DNA of 64,000 nt from Bacteroidetes bacterium UBA1935 (GTDB taxonomy: Bacteria > Bacteroidota > Bacteroidia > Chitinophagales > Chitinophagaceae), in NCBI GenBank assembly GCA_002337045.1, contig DDFF01000008.1, positions 215,143 to 279,142 on the forward strand. Direction: 5' to 3'. How positions within the stretch are numbered: the first letter of the stretch is position 1; each line of letters begins with the position of its first letter. Under the pieces are notes generated by a model. It was given only the letters and a program-made list of their open reading frames with translations, did not search any database and had not been told where the DNA came from. This document shows positions 28,102 to 38,577 of the stretch, piece after piece. The position numbers were made by a program, and so were the translations under genes.

Positions 28102-29228
28102 TGATGGTCTTTGAAAATAAGACAGTACTCATACTTTCTCAGCAAGACTGGGGAACAATGTTTCTTTCAAAACACCACTATGCTGTAGAACTGGGTAAGA
28201 TGGGTAATCATGTATATTACATTGAAGGCCCGAATAGTGATATGAGCCTTAGTAAAGGGGAGGTTCGGATTTTCTCTACAGAACACCCGAATGTTTACTT
28301 TGTAAAGCATAGGTTGTCCTTCCCGCTATTTGTAAAGTTTAAACTGCCGGGCCTTTACAATTTCCTGATAACGCGACATGTCAAAAAACTAATAGGCAAA
28401 TTGCCTCATAAGATAGATGCTGTCATTTCTTTCGACATTTCAAACACACTACCATTACCCGCATTTGGCAATTGTGCTAAGATTTTGATAGCGGCAGACG
28501 ATTCCAAAGATAAAGTGGCTGTAGAAGCTGCTCATGGTGCATCGGCCGTCTTGTCTATAGCAAAAGAGTATTTAGTGAAGTATGAGGGTTGTGGTATCCC
28601 TTTGTATAATCTTGGTCATGGTGTAGCATCTTATTTTATAAATGATAAAATAGATGAAACAGTTAACGGCCAGTTGCAAATCGGGATGTCTGGAAATTTC
28701 CTGCGTAGAGATCTTGATAGAGAAACTATGTTGAGGATATTCATTGAAAATCCTGAAATAATTTTTAATCTGTGGGGGTCTTATGAGTATGTTACCTCCA
28801 ATTTGTCTTCGGATAATGATGCTGATACATTAAGATTTATAGACACAGTAAAGAAGTGTGGCAATGTACGTTTGCATGGTCAGGTATTGCCGCGTGTTTT
28901 GGCAGAGGAATTGAAGAAGATGGATGGTTTCCTGATATGTTATGATATAGACAAAGACCAGAGTGGTGGCACTAACTATCATAAGGTATTAGAGTATCTG
29001 GCAACAGGTAAAGTAATTGTATCTAATAATATCACAACATACGATACTGCAGATAGGCTGATAGAAATGCCGGCTGAAAGAAACAATCTGAAACTGCCTG
29101 CACTGTTTAAAGAGGTAGCGGCAAACATAAATAAATACAATGCTGTGTCTCAACAGCAAAAAAGAATTACTTACGCAAAAGATCATTCTTACGTAAGCAA
29201 CCTACAGAAAATTGCATTCTACCTATAG
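28101..29228 (+). CDS. Glycosyltransferase, GT-B fold (TuaH-like N-terminus)
   Basis: 'VLILSQQDWGTMFLSKHHYAVELGKMGNHVYYIEGP' and C-terminal 'HKVLEYLATGKVIVSNN'. Confidence 0.55.
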   Translation: MMVFENKTVLILSQQDWGTMFLSKHHYAVELGKMGNHVYYIEGPNSDMSLSKGEVRIFSTEHPNVYFVKHRLSFPLFVKFKLPGLYNFLITRHVKKLIGKLPHKIDAVISFDISNTLPLPAFGNCAKILIAADDSKDKVAVEAAHGASAVLSIAKEYLVKYEGCGIPLYNLGHGVASYFINDKIDETVNGQLQIGMSGNFLRRDLDRETMLRIFIENPEIIFNLWGSYEYVTSNLSSDNDADTLRFIDTVKKCGNVRLHGQVLPRVLAEELKKMDGFLICYDIDKDQSGGTNYHKVLEYLATGKVIVSNNITTYDTADRLIEMPAERNNLKLPALFKEVAANINKYNAVSQQQKRITYAKDHSYVSNLQKIAFYL

Positions 29229-30475
29229 TGAATCAGATTGCAGGTAAAAAAGTGTTATTGGTAACCAATGTTAATCTGGCATGCAATCCCAGATGTTACA
29301 AAGAAGTACGGGCATTGGTGGGTAGCGGCTATGATGTATCTGTTCTGAAGTTTGATATCAGGAATTGGTCTGCAGATTACGAAGCAGTAATTGAGTCTTC
29401 TTTGCCACAAGTAAAATGGATAACACTGGATGCAGGAAGTAAATCCAAGTTTGGCTGGCTGGCTGCATCATTAGTAAGTAAACTAGCTGGCAAGCTCCGG
29501 AAGCTCTTTAATAATAAAATTGCACTGACTTCTTACATGCTAGATAAAAGAAGTTGGTTATTAAATAATAAGCTACAACAAATAGCACTGCAATACGATT
29601 TGTTGATAGCGCACAATCCCGCTGCGTTTTATCCGGTATACAATGCAGCTACAAAAGCATGTATACCATACGCGATAGATGTAGAAGACTATCATCCAGG
29701 GGAGTACAGTAATATAGTATTAGCGCAAAGTACAAGACAGTTGATGCAGGCAACATTAAAGCATGCTGCTTATGTTTCTGCTGCTGCACCACTGATACTT
29801 GAATATACAATTAACGATGTTCCAGGCATTGCTCATAATTCTTTGGTAATCAATAATGTTTTTCCGCTTGAGTTAAAACCCGCTTTTAAGGAATTGCCAA
29901 TAAACAACGGTGAGCTAATTAGGCTGGTGTGGTTTTCTCAAAACGTAGGACTGGATAGAGGACTTGATGATGTTGTAAATGCAATGAACCTGATTAGCAA
30001 TTATCCGATACAATTGACACTTATTGGTAATTGTACCGACGGTGTAAAACAGGCAATATCATCTAAACTCATTAGCGGCAAGCACAAAATACTGTTTAAG
30101 CCACCATTGCCGGAACAGCAGCTCTTGCATGAAGTTGCGCAACATCATATTGGCCTTGCATTAGAAGCTAGTCCTAACCTGAACAGGCGTATTTGCCTGA
30201 CCAATAAATTATTCACGTATCTGCTTTGCGGAAATGCTATAATAGCATCAGATACAGAAGCACAAGTGCAGTTTGTGAAACAGTATAAAAATGTTGGGCA
30301 AATGTATGCTTCTGGTAATGCTGTTCAACTTACTGAACTCATCAACAGGTACTATTCTGATAAGCAATTACTGCAAAGCCATCGTAGCAACGCATACAAG
30401 CTAGCGACAGAAGAGTTGAACTGGGATAAAGAGCAGCAGCTATTTCTTGCAGTAGTTAACAAAGCACTTTCTTGA
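29228..30475 (+). CDS. Putative glycosyltransferase, GT-B fold
   Basis: 'KKVLLVTNVNLACNPRCYKEVRAL', C-terminal 'NKLFTYLLCGNAIIASD'. The GTG start overlaps the upstream TAG. Confidence 0.45.
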   Translation: MNQIAGKKVLLVTNVNLACNPRCYKEVRALVGSGYDVSVLKFDIRNWSADYEAVIESSLPQVKWITLDAGSKSKFGWLAASLVSKLAGKLRKLFNNKIALTSYMLDKRSWLLNNKLQQIALQYDLLIAHNPAAFYPVYNAATKACIPYAIDVEDYHPGEYSNIVLAQSTRQLMQATLKHAAYVSAAAPLILEYTINDVPGIAHNSLVINNVFPLELKPAFKELPINNGELIRLVWFSQNVGLDRGLDDVVNAMNLISNYPIQLTLIGNCTDGVKQAISSKLISGKHKILFKPPLPEQQLLHEVAQHHIGLALEASPNLNRRICLTNKLFTYLLCGNAIIASDTEAQVQFVKQYKNVGQMYASGNAVQLTELINRYYSDKQLLQSHRSNAYKLATEELNWDKEQQLFLAVVNKALS

Positions 30476-31731
30476 AGAAGATACTAATCATATCGCCTCA
30501 CTTTCCGCCATCTAACCTTGCAGCAGTACACAGGTCGCGCTTGTTTGCGCAGCACTTGCCATCTATGGGTTGGGAACCTACAGTACTGATGGTGGATGAA
30601 AAATACTATGAAGAGAAGTTGGACTACAATCTTGAAAAGCTGGTTCCTGCAAATCTTAAAATAGAGAAAGCATCAGCTTTTGGTGTAACAAAGCCGAGGT
30701 TAATAGGTGATATTGGAATGCGTGGTTTCTTTCAGCTTTATAAGCAGGCTAAGCAAATCGTTAGTAGAGATAAGATTGATTTTGTATACATACCCATTCC
30801 ATCATTTTACGTTGCGTTGCTTGGTCGTTGGCTGCATGCAAGCACCGGGGTGAAGTATGGTATAGATTATATAGATCCTTGGGTACATGAATTTCCGGGT
30901 GCAGGATGGAGGTACAGACTGAGCGAAACTATTGCAAAGTTTCTTGAGCCTATAGCAGTAAAGAAGGCATCGCTGATTACCGGAGTAGCAGACGGCTATT
31001 ACAAAGGTGTTCACGAAAGGAATCAGCACTTGCTGCAGTCTTGCATATTTGCCGCCATGCCTTATGGTGGTGAAAGAGAAGATCATGCGAAAGTGGCACA
31101 GATGGATATCAAGCCATATCTGTTTGTAAAATCTGCTAAGACACAATTGGTATATGCGGGTGCTATGCTGCCCAAAGCTTATGAGCCACTTGAGGCTATT
31201 TTTAAAGCTGTCAGTGCAGATAAGAGCAAATACAACAATATAGAATTTCACTTTATTGGTACTGGTAAATCGCCGAATGATCGGGAGGGATACAACATAA
31301 AACCACTTGCGGAAAAATATGGCTTATGGCAAAGTGTAGTCTTCGAATATCCTGCACGCATACCATATATGGACGTATTAGTTCATCTGGATGCTGCAGA
31401 TGGCATTTTTATATTAGGTAGCACAGAACCACACTATACACCATCCAAAGTGTATCAAGCGGTATTGTCATCTAAAGCGATACTTGCAGTGTTGCATGGT
31501 GAATCAACAGCATTCAGTGTTGTCAACAGTACAAAAGCAGGGTTAGCTTATCCGATTATTCCTGAGAATATTGAAAAGATAACAAAAGATTTTAACCAGT
31601 TGATGGAAAACTATCTGCAATTTATGCAGCATTTTCAGCCATCGCAGGTTGATACAAAAGCATTCGACCAATACAGTGCAAAAGCTGTAACACAAATTTT
31701 GGCGAATGCACTAAATCAAATTTGTGCATAA
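30472..31731 (+). CDS. Putative glycosyltransferase, GT4-like
   Basis: 'KKILIISPHFPPSNLAAVHRSRLFAQHL', C-terminal 'PSKVYQAVLSSKAILAV'. TTGA overlap. Confidence 0.5.
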   Translation: MKKILIISPHFPPSNLAAVHRSRLFAQHLPSMGWEPTVLMVDEKYYEEKLDYNLEKLVPANLKIEKASAFGVTKPRLIGDIGMRGFFQLYKQAKQIVSRDKIDFVYIPIPSFYVALLGRWLHASTGVKYGIDYIDPWVHEFPGAGWRYRLSETIAKFLEPIAVKKASLITGVADGYYKGVHERNQHLLQSCIFAAMPYGGEREDHAKVAQMDIKPYLFVKSAKTQLVYAGAMLPKAYEPLEAIFKAVSADKSKYNNIEFHFIGTGKSPNDREGYNIKPLAEKYGLWQSVVFEYPARIPYMDVLVHLDAADGIFILGSTEPHYTPSKVYQAVLSSKAILAVLHGESTAFSVVNSTKAGLAYPIIPENIEKITKDFNQLMENYLQFMQHFQPSQVDTKAFDQYSAKAVTQILANALNQICA

Positions 31732-32557
31732 CGTTTTCGAACAATTAGGTTTTGGTGGCGCTTCGCTTTCCAGTATGTCATCACAACATGCTGTGACGAA
31801 GTTGCTGAACATTGCCTACGAAAACGGTATAAAACATTTTGACACTGCTCCATTATACGGACGCGGATATTCAGAAATGCTGATAGGGGGTTTTATACGC
31901 AACAAGCGCCAGCATGTTACCATAACCACAAAGTTTGGTTTGGGCAACACAGAAACTGGCAAGTTGCCTACGGTATTGGCATTACCGCTCAACTACTGGA
32001 ATAAAAGAATAAGAGGTATCAAAACGCCTGCACCAGGTATTTATGAACCTCAACTCCTATCACATCGCATCATTACAAAACAAGATGTGGAAAGTAGTTT
32101 GAATAGAAGCCTTGGTAGATTGAACACAGATTATATAGATTACTATTTGCTGCACGAAGGTCGTCCGTCATTCATACACGATGATGCGATGCATTACCTG
32201 ATGGACATGAAGCAGAAAGGAGTGGTGAAAAATATTGGTATTGCTACAGATGCATTCAATGTGCAGGCTTGCAGTGAAGAAGAAATAAATAAGATAGATG
32301 TATTGCAGTATAGCTACGATAGCACGATTTCTCTCCAACTAAGACAACAATATCCAAACAAGCTACATATACTGCATAGTTGTATCAATAACGTGGCAAA
32401 CGAAACATTTCCTAAAGAAGTTGCTGCAGTAGATATAGCAGGGTATAAACTTGCAAAATGTGCTACAGAAAATAGTAATGGGAAAGTCTTGTTCTCTACC
32501 CGAAGGTCACAGGTGCTGAAGAGCAATTTAACAGCATACAAAAACTATATTCAATAG
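31724..32557 (+). CDS. Aldo/keto reductase
   Basis: 'LGFGGASL', 'HFDTAPLYGRGYSE', 'ITTKFG', 'YYLLHEG'. D/Y/K/H tetrad candidates are all present. The GTG start overlaps the upstream gene by 8 nt. Confidence 0.75.
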   Translation: MHNVFEQLGFGGASLSSMSSQHAVTKLLNIAYENGIKHFDTAPLYGRGYSEMLIGGFIRNKRQHVTITTKFGLGNTETGKLPTVLALPLNYWNKRIRGIKTPAPGIYEPQLLSHRIITKQDVESSLNRSLGRLNTDYIDYYLLHEGRPSFIHDDAMHYLMDMKQKGVVKNIGIATDAFNVQACSEEEINKIDVLQYSYDSTISLQLRQQYPNKLHILHSCINNVANETFPKEVAAVDIAGYKLAKCATENSNGKVLFSTRRSQVLKSNLTAYKNYIQ

Positions 32558-34107
32558 TGCCTTATATAGATTGCAATACAGGATTTCCTGGCATTCGTAG
32601 AGAAGACTATGATTATACCATCATAGGCTCGGGTGCTGCGGGTATTTTGTTAGCAGTCAAGCTTACAGAAAAGGGCAAACGGGTGTTGATGGTTGAAGCT
32701 GGTCATTTTGAAGAGGATGCAGCACGCCAATCACTCAATAAAATATTACAGACCGGCAAGGAGTTGGAAAGCGCTGAAAGTGGTCGTAAGCGTGCGGTGG
32801 GCGGCACTACTATTGCTTGGGGTGGACAGTCGTTGCCATTTTACTCAATAGATTTTAGCAAAAGAGATTGGGTAGAAAATAGTGGCTGGCCATTGCCTAT
32901 AGAAGAAGTGCAACCATACTACAACGAAGCTAATCGCTTTATGGGGGTTGATGAAGCGGACTATGAAGATGATGTGTTTCGCATGTTAGGTATGAAGAAG
33001 CAACCATTTAACAGAGATGAGCTTTGGTATCATTTCTCTAAATGGGCGCCGGAACCTAACTTCAAGAAACTCTACTATAACAAACTGGAACGTAGTGTTA
33101 CAGTATTATATAACGCTGTTGCTACGCGTATAAATGTGAATGATGATAAGCTTGCAGATAATATAGAACTTGCCAACTTTAAAGGAGAAAAAGCAACACT
33201 ACTTGTTAATAATGTACTGATTGCTACAGGTTCTATAGAAGCGTCACGTTTATTGTTGGCCAGTGATGCACAAGTTGCAGGAGGATTGGGTAACCATTCT
33301 GGTCGCTTGGGCAAATGCTTTATGGAACATCCGTGTATAGAGATTGGTATTGTATCTACTCCCAATCAATACAAACTTCAAAAAGCATTCAATACACACT
33401 TGTATAAAAAACGTAAATACTCTGTTCGTATCAGTCTTGCAGAAAAAGCACAGCGCGAACAGAAAGTATTAAACGCATCAATGGGTATCATGTTCGATTA
33501 TAACGACGGACGGATTGATCCTTATATAGAGGTTAGAAAATATCTGCACGAAAAAAAGATTAATTCAATACCATCATTATTTGCCAATATGGGTGCCTAC
33601 CTGCTATCGGCAAAAGCATTGTTGCTAGATAAGCTGATATATAAACACAATGCGCGTGCCCGTGCAGTAGTGATGATGGAACAAGAACCGTTGAAGGAAA
33701 GTGCTATTACATTATCGAATGAAGTGGATGCAGTAGGTATGCGCAAGGCATCTCTTAACTGGCAGATAAGCCACAAAACTTGGGATACGGTTGTCTATGC
33801 TTCAGGTGTCTTAAAGAGGGAGCTCCAAAGACTTGGTTTTGGTGAACTGAATGTACACGCACATATTAATAGTGCTAACACAAACTGGGCGAGCCATCTT
33901 ACAGATGTAAACCATCATATGGGCGGTACACCTATGAGTGCAACGCCGGATGATGGTGTGGTTTCTACAGACCTGCAAGTATGGGGGCACCCGAATATAT
34001 ATGTATGCAGCTGTTCGGTTTTCCCGACAGTATCACATTCAAATCCAACACTTACTATGATGGCGCTTTGCATCAGGTTGGTAAATAAATTAACTGCTAA
34101 AAACTAA
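32557..34107 (+). CDS. GMC-family FAD-dependent oxidoreductase
   Basis: 'YDYTIIGSGAAGILLAVKLTEKGKRVLMVEAG' and C-terminal 'NHHMGGTPMS...VWGHPNIYVCSCSVFPT'. The GTG start overlaps the upstream TAG. Confidence 0.8.
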   Translation: MPYIDCNTGFPGIRREDYDYTIIGSGAAGILLAVKLTEKGKRVLMVEAGHFEEDAARQSLNKILQTGKELESAESGRKRAVGGTTIAWGGQSLPFYSIDFSKRDWVENSGWPLPIEEVQPYYNEANRFMGVDEADYEDDVFRMLGMKKQPFNRDELWYHFSKWAPEPNFKKLYYNKLERSVTVLYNAVATRINVNDDKLADNIELANFKGEKATLLVNNVLIATGSIEASRLLLASDAQVAGGLGNHSGRLGKCFMEHPCIEIGIVSTPNQYKLQKAFNTHLYKKRKYSVRISLAEKAQREQKVLNASMGIMFDYNDGRIDPYIEVRKYLHEKKINSIPSLFANMGAYLLSAKALLLDKLIYKHNARARAVVMMEQEPLKESAITLSNEVDAVGMRKASLNWQISHKTWDTVVYASGVLKRELQRLGFGELNVHAHINSANTNWASHLTDVNHHMGGTPMSATPDDGVVSTDLQVWGHPNIYVCSCSVFPTVSHSNPTLTMMALCIRLVNKLTAKN

Positions 34108-34116
34108 TAGTACTAT

Positions 34117-34869
34117 ATGAGTCAGCCCAATAATATCCAAACCGAGTACGAACAGTGGCATAAGGATTACAACAAAAACATCCTTGATATCGATAAGCTG
34201 AACATGATGAAATGGCACAAAACTGTGCTCAGTTTCCTCGATAAAGATTTGTCTGGTAAAAAGATGCTGGAAGTAGGTTGTGGTAACGGAGATTTTTCCA
34301 ACTATCTGGCATTGAACAACAATGCAGATATTCTGGGGCTTGATTTTTCTACAGAAAGTATAAAGATTGCCAATCAGAAGAAAGAAGTATTTGGTGCAAA
34401 GACATCTTCCTTTATGGTTGGCGATGCACAGAATATTTCACTGCCCGATAATAGCTTCGATATCATAGTATCTTGCGAATGTCTGGAACACATACCTGTA
34501 CCACAGAAAATGGTGTCAGAAATTTTCAGGTTGCTCAAGCCGGGAGGTATGGTTGTGCTTACTACTGAAAACTATTTTAACGCATATGCATACCATAGGG
34601 TATATCTGAAAATACTTGGCCGCCCGTTCGATTCAGGTTCAGGTGTGCAGCCTTTGGAAAATTTCTTCTTCTTCTGGCAGGTTGCAGGTATGTTCCGCAA
34701 AGCAGGCTTTAAAAACACAAAGACGGTAAGTGGCGAATATGTGATGTTGTTATTGCCCGGGACAGACCCCGCTAAATTCACAATAGACGAAGTGAAGAGT
34801 CCATTGATGAAAAAAATAATGAAACCTTTTGGCAGGCGTATGACGTACTACGCTACCAAGCCTCTTTAA
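34117..34869 (+). CDS. Class I SAM-dependent methyltransferase
   Basis: 'MLEVGCGNGDFS', 'GLDFS', 'LKPGGMVVLTTEN'. Confidence 0.8.
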   Translation: MSQPNNIQTEYEQWHKDYNKNILDIDKLNMMKWHKTVLSFLDKDLSGKKMLEVGCGNGDFSNYLALNNNADILGLDFSTESIKIANQKKEVFGAKTSSFMVGDAQNISLPDNSFDIIVSCECLEHIPVPQKMVSEIFRLLKPGGMVVLTTENYFNAYAYHRVYLKILGRPFDSGSGVQPLENFFFFWQVAGMFRKAGFKNTKTVSGEYVMLLLPGTDPAKFTIDEVKSPLMKKIMKPFGRRMTYYATKPL

Positions 34870-34875
34870 TACTAC

Positions 34876-35970
34876 ATGAAAATTCTCTGCTTTCTTAGTG
34901 GTAATATATTGTCGGGTAAGGAGTTTGTCGCATTGGATGTAATCCGTAGTTGGAAAGCAGCAGGCCACAATGTAGAGGTTGCATTTGTTGGCTGGCACGA
35001 TGGCAAGTTTCAACATCAGCTAACCGAAATGAATATACCTAGCCACCCCATAAAATTGGGTTGGTATTATCTGAGGCAATGGAAGTGGTCGCTCGATTCT
35101 TTGATGAATTATGTGCCTGCTATAGTACAGTTCAGAAAGCTGCAAAAACAACTCAATCCTGATGTGATATACATGGATAGCTATAGGCAGATAATACTGT
35201 TGAAGCCATTCCTGAAAAAGAAAGTGGTTTTCCATGTACACGACCCGCACGCATTCAGTAGCAGAGAAGCAAAGATGATACAATTGGCTGATAGTGCTGT
35301 GGATAAATACGTAGCGGTATCTGACTTTATAAAGAATGACCTTATTGCCTGCGGTGTGTCTGCAGATAAAGTGAGTGTGGTATATAACGGTACACATTTA
35401 CCTGCAAATATTATAAAAAAATACATGCCTGATGGTGTATTAAGGATAGGATTGATAGGACAGATATTGGAACGCAAAGGGCATGAAGATGTGCTGGAGG
35501 CAATTAGTCAATTGGTGAGTAATATAAAATGCAAAGTGCTGATATATGGAAAGGGTGATGAAGTTTATATACTAAAGCTAAAAAGCCTGATTGCAAATAA
35601 ACAGTTGACACCATATGTAGAGTGGAAAGGCTTTGAAGCAGATAAGAATAAAGTATACGATAGTATAGATGTGGTAGTGGCAGCCACCCGAAACGATGAA
35701 CCTTTTGCGTTGGTTGCGTTGGAAGCAGGAGCCTACAGGGTTCCTATTATTGCTACGCGTTCCGGTGGATTTGTTGAAAGTATTGTTGATGGTGAAACTG
35801 GTTTCATTGTAGAGAAAAACAACCCTGCAATGATACAAGACAAATTGCTGTACTTATATAATACAACTGGCCTGTTAAGCACAATGGGTGATGCAGCGTT
35901 TAATAACATTAAAACAAATTTCTCACTGGTTGCTATGCAGGCAGGGATGAACAAAATAATTACAGCATAG
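34876..35970 (+). CDS. Glycosyltransferase, GT4
   Basis: 'ATRNDEPFALVALEAGAYRVPIIATRSGGFVESIVDGETGF'. Confidence 0.8.
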   Translation: MKILCFLSGNILSGKEFVALDVIRSWKAAGHNVEVAFVGWHDGKFQHQLTEMNIPSHPIKLGWYYLRQWKWSLDSLMNYVPAIVQFRKLQKQLNPDVIYMDSYRQIILLKPFLKKKVVFHVHDPHAFSSREAKMIQLADSAVDKYVAVSDFIKNDLIACGVSADKVSVVYNGTHLPANIIKKYMPDGVLRIGLIGQILERKGHEDVLEAISQLVSNIKCKVLIYGKGDEVYILKLKSLIANKQLTPYVEWKGFEADKNKVYDSIDVVVAATRNDEPFALVALEAGAYRVPIIATRSGGFVESIVDGETGFIVEKNNPAMIQDKLLYLYNTTGLLSTMGDAAFNNIKTNFSLVAMQAGMNKIITA

Positions 35971-35974
35971 TAAT

Positions 35975-37150
35975 ATGCGTCTGGCAATAGTTACAACGCA
36001 CCCTATACAGTACAACGCTCCGTGGTTCAGGCTATTGGCTCAGCAGCAAGGTATTGAGGTGAGGGTGTTTTATACCTGGGAAGCCTCACAAACCTTAGCT
36101 AAGTACGACCCTGGTTTTGGTCGTGTGATAGAATGGGATATCCCTTTGTTGGATGGGTATGAATACACGTTTGTGAAAAACGTATCTGCTAATCAGGGTT
36201 CACATCACTTTAAAGGAATCGATAACCCGACACTCAACACAGAAATAAAACAATGGGGAGCCGAAGCTGTGTTAGTATTTGGGTGGGCATATAAAAGTCA
36301 CTTAGCATGCCTCAGATATTTTAAAGGGAAAATACCAGTACTGTTCAGAGGAGATTCAACATTGCTGGATGAAACCACAGGGCTGAAAAAAATACTCAGA
36401 CGGCTATTTTTGAAGTATGTATACAGGCATGTAGACTTTGCATTTTATGTAGGACGTAATAATAAGCAATACTATCTGGTACATGGGCTTAAAGATAAAC
36501 AGCTTGTGTATTTGCCACATGCAATAGAGAACGAGCGATTTGCCGATGCAGCAGGAGAACATACTGCCAAAGCAAAGCAATGGAAAACTGAACTTGGAAT
36601 AGAAGATTGTTTTGTTGTACTATTTGCAGGGAAGCTTGAGCCTAAAAAGAATCCTCAGTATATTATTAAGTTGGCAGAAATGCTGACTGATAAAAAGATA
36701 CGTTTCGTACTTGTAGGCAACGGCATTATGGAAGCTGATTTAAAACAAGCAGCAGCAAAAGATGAGCGAATTATTTTTGTGGGATTCCAGAATCAACAAA
36801 ATATGCCCGTTGTCTATAGATTGGCAAATGTGTTTGTATTGCCGTCAACAGGTCCCGGCGAAACCTGGGGGCTTGCAATCAATGAGGCAATGGCTAGTGG
36901 TCTGCCTGTCATTGCATCAGATAAAACAGGAGGAGCTATAGACCTGATAACTGATAATGGTATAGTAATATCGCCGAACGATGTGGAAAGTGGTGCGAAA
37001 TATATCGAGTCACTACTAAGTAATTCACACGTTCATAATCAACAAACAAGAAAATCGGAAATGCACATACAAGCATTTTCTTTTAAGATAATAGTAGATA
37101 ATATCAGCTCATTTTTAAGAAAAATAGAATCTGATAGAAAAGTACATTAA
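35975..37150 (+). CDS. Glycosyltransferase, GT4
   Basis: 'PSTGPGETWGLAINEAMASGLPVIASDKTGGAIDLI'. Confidence 0.8.
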   Translation: MRLAIVTTHPIQYNAPWFRLLAQQQGIEVRVFYTWEASQTLAKYDPGFGRVIEWDIPLLDGYEYTFVKNVSANQGSHHFKGIDNPTLNTEIKQWGAEAVLVFGWAYKSHLACLRYFKGKIPVLFRGDSTLLDETTGLKKILRRLFLKYVYRHVDFAFYVGRNNKQYYLVHGLKDKQLVYLPHAIENERFADAAGEHTAKAKQWKTELGIEDCFVVLFAGKLEPKKNPQYIIKLAEMLTDKKIRFVLVGNGIMEADLKQAAAKDERIIFVGFQNQQNMPVVYRLANVFVLPSTGPGETWGLAINEAMASGLPVIASDKTGGAIDLITDNGIVISPNDVESGAKYIESLLSNSHVHNQQTRKSEMHIQAFSFKIIVDNISSFLRKIESDRKVH

Positions 37151-37155
37151 ATATA

Positions 37156-38577
37156 ATGGCGCTGGATTTAGAAAGTAATATAACCCTAGATAAAAAAGCA
37201 TCGCGTGTTATTCCCGTGATGGTTTGTTTTATCATCTATGCATTTTTTTCAGAGTATTTGTGGCTTACCATTTTTTCTGGATTAATATTATTGGTTATCA
37301 TTCACTCACTGCAAAAACCTTACATACCACCTGTACTTGTATATTTATTTGGCTTCCATTGGCTGCAAGTATTTTCATCCATCAACTATGCAGACTATTC
37401 GGGATTGACGCTAGACGAGGCATTTGGGAGTAAGTATCTGGAGTATTTGTTTTGGGTTACAATGTTACAAATAGGAGTGATGGCTGTGTTTCTTTCCAGA
37501 ATCTTTGAGGTCAAATTCAACCCTAATCTACAAATACTTAGGGATGCGGCTGAACGGTTAAACGTCAGAAAAGTGTTGTATGCATATGGTATTGCAACAC
37601 TGATATTCCCCACGCTTATTGCTGTAACATATTCCAATTCTTCTCTTAATCAGGTAGTACAGTCTTTTGCGGTAATACGTAAGGTGCTGTTGCTGATGTT
37701 GATTTTTATCTATTTCCTGAGAGACACAAAATATAAAAATACTATCATCATATTGGTCGTCTTGGAGTTTGTATTAAGCTTCGCATCTTATTTCTCCAAC
37801 TTTAAAGAGATTATCTTCTTTGTAGTTTTTGTATATCTCACAGTAAAGCCTGAAATCAAAAGCAAACAAATTATTTTGCTTGTACCACTTAGTGTGATAT
37901 TGTTGAGCTTCCTTGTATTTTGGTCTGGTGTAAAAGAGGGCTATAGAAACTTCCTTAATCAAGGTAACAGGCAGCAACAAGTTAATGTTAGTAAGGCAGA
38001 AGCCTTAGATTATCTGGTTGACAAATCTGTAACCTTTGATGTAGACTCTTTTCAGGTAGGTGCAGAAAAACTACTGCACAGGTTGCAATACATGCAGCAG
38101 TATTCATCTGTTTATGAGCGTGTACCTGGGTTCATCCCTTTCGAAAATGGTAAGAATATCACAAGTACTATTGAGTTTTTGACTATGCCACGTTTCCTGA
38201 ATCCGGGCAAGAAAATACTCGATCCCTCTACAAAAACATCTTATTATACTGGTAAAAGATTTGCCAATGCAGAGCAGGGTACGTCTATATCCATGGGCTA
38301 TTTCTGCGATTTGTATATAGACTTTGGCCTTTGGCTAATGTTTATACCGCTGCTTATCATCACATTTATGATAGGCAAAGTGTCCAACTATATCATCAAT
38401 TCAAACAAATACAACCTCATATTTACCTACTCTCTCTTTATTGGTACTATACTTAGTTGTGGTACGTTCGAGTCGGATATAATATTTTATCTGGGTAGTG
38501 TGAGGAACTATACCGTGTTTATGCTATTGGGTAACTTCTTGCTATTCCCATATTTGAATAAATACGTGAAAGCGTAG
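37156..38577 (+). CDS. Polytopic membrane protein, putative O-antigen/EPS polymerase (Wzy-like)
   Basis: 473 aa, about 10 hydrophobic helices and one large hydrophilic loop (about aa 265-375). It is the only candidate polymerase in the locus and has no sequence motif I can name. Confidence 0.45.
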   Translation: MALDLESNITLDKKASRVIPVMVCFIIYAFFSEYLWLTIFSGLILLVIIHSLQKPYIPPVLVYLFGFHWLQVFSSINYADYSGLTLDEAFGSKYLEYLFWVTMLQIGVMAVFLSRIFEVKFNPNLQILRDAAERLNVRKVLYAYGIATLIFPTLIAVTYSNSSLNQVVQSFAVIRKVLLLMLIFIYFLRDTKYKNTIIILVVLEFVLSFASYFSNFKEIIFFVVFVYLTVKPEIKSKQIILLVPLSVILLSFLVFWSGVKEGYRNFLNQGNRQQQVNVSKAEALDYLVDKSVTFDVDSFQVGAEKLLHRLQYMQQYSSVYERVPGFIPFENGKNITSTIEFLTMPRFLNPGKKILDPSTKTSYYTGKRFANAEQGTSISMGYFCDLYIDFGLWLMFIPLLIITFMIGKVSNYIINSNKYNLIFTYSLFIGTILSCGTFESDIIFYLGSVRNYTVFMLLGNFLLFPYLNKYVKA

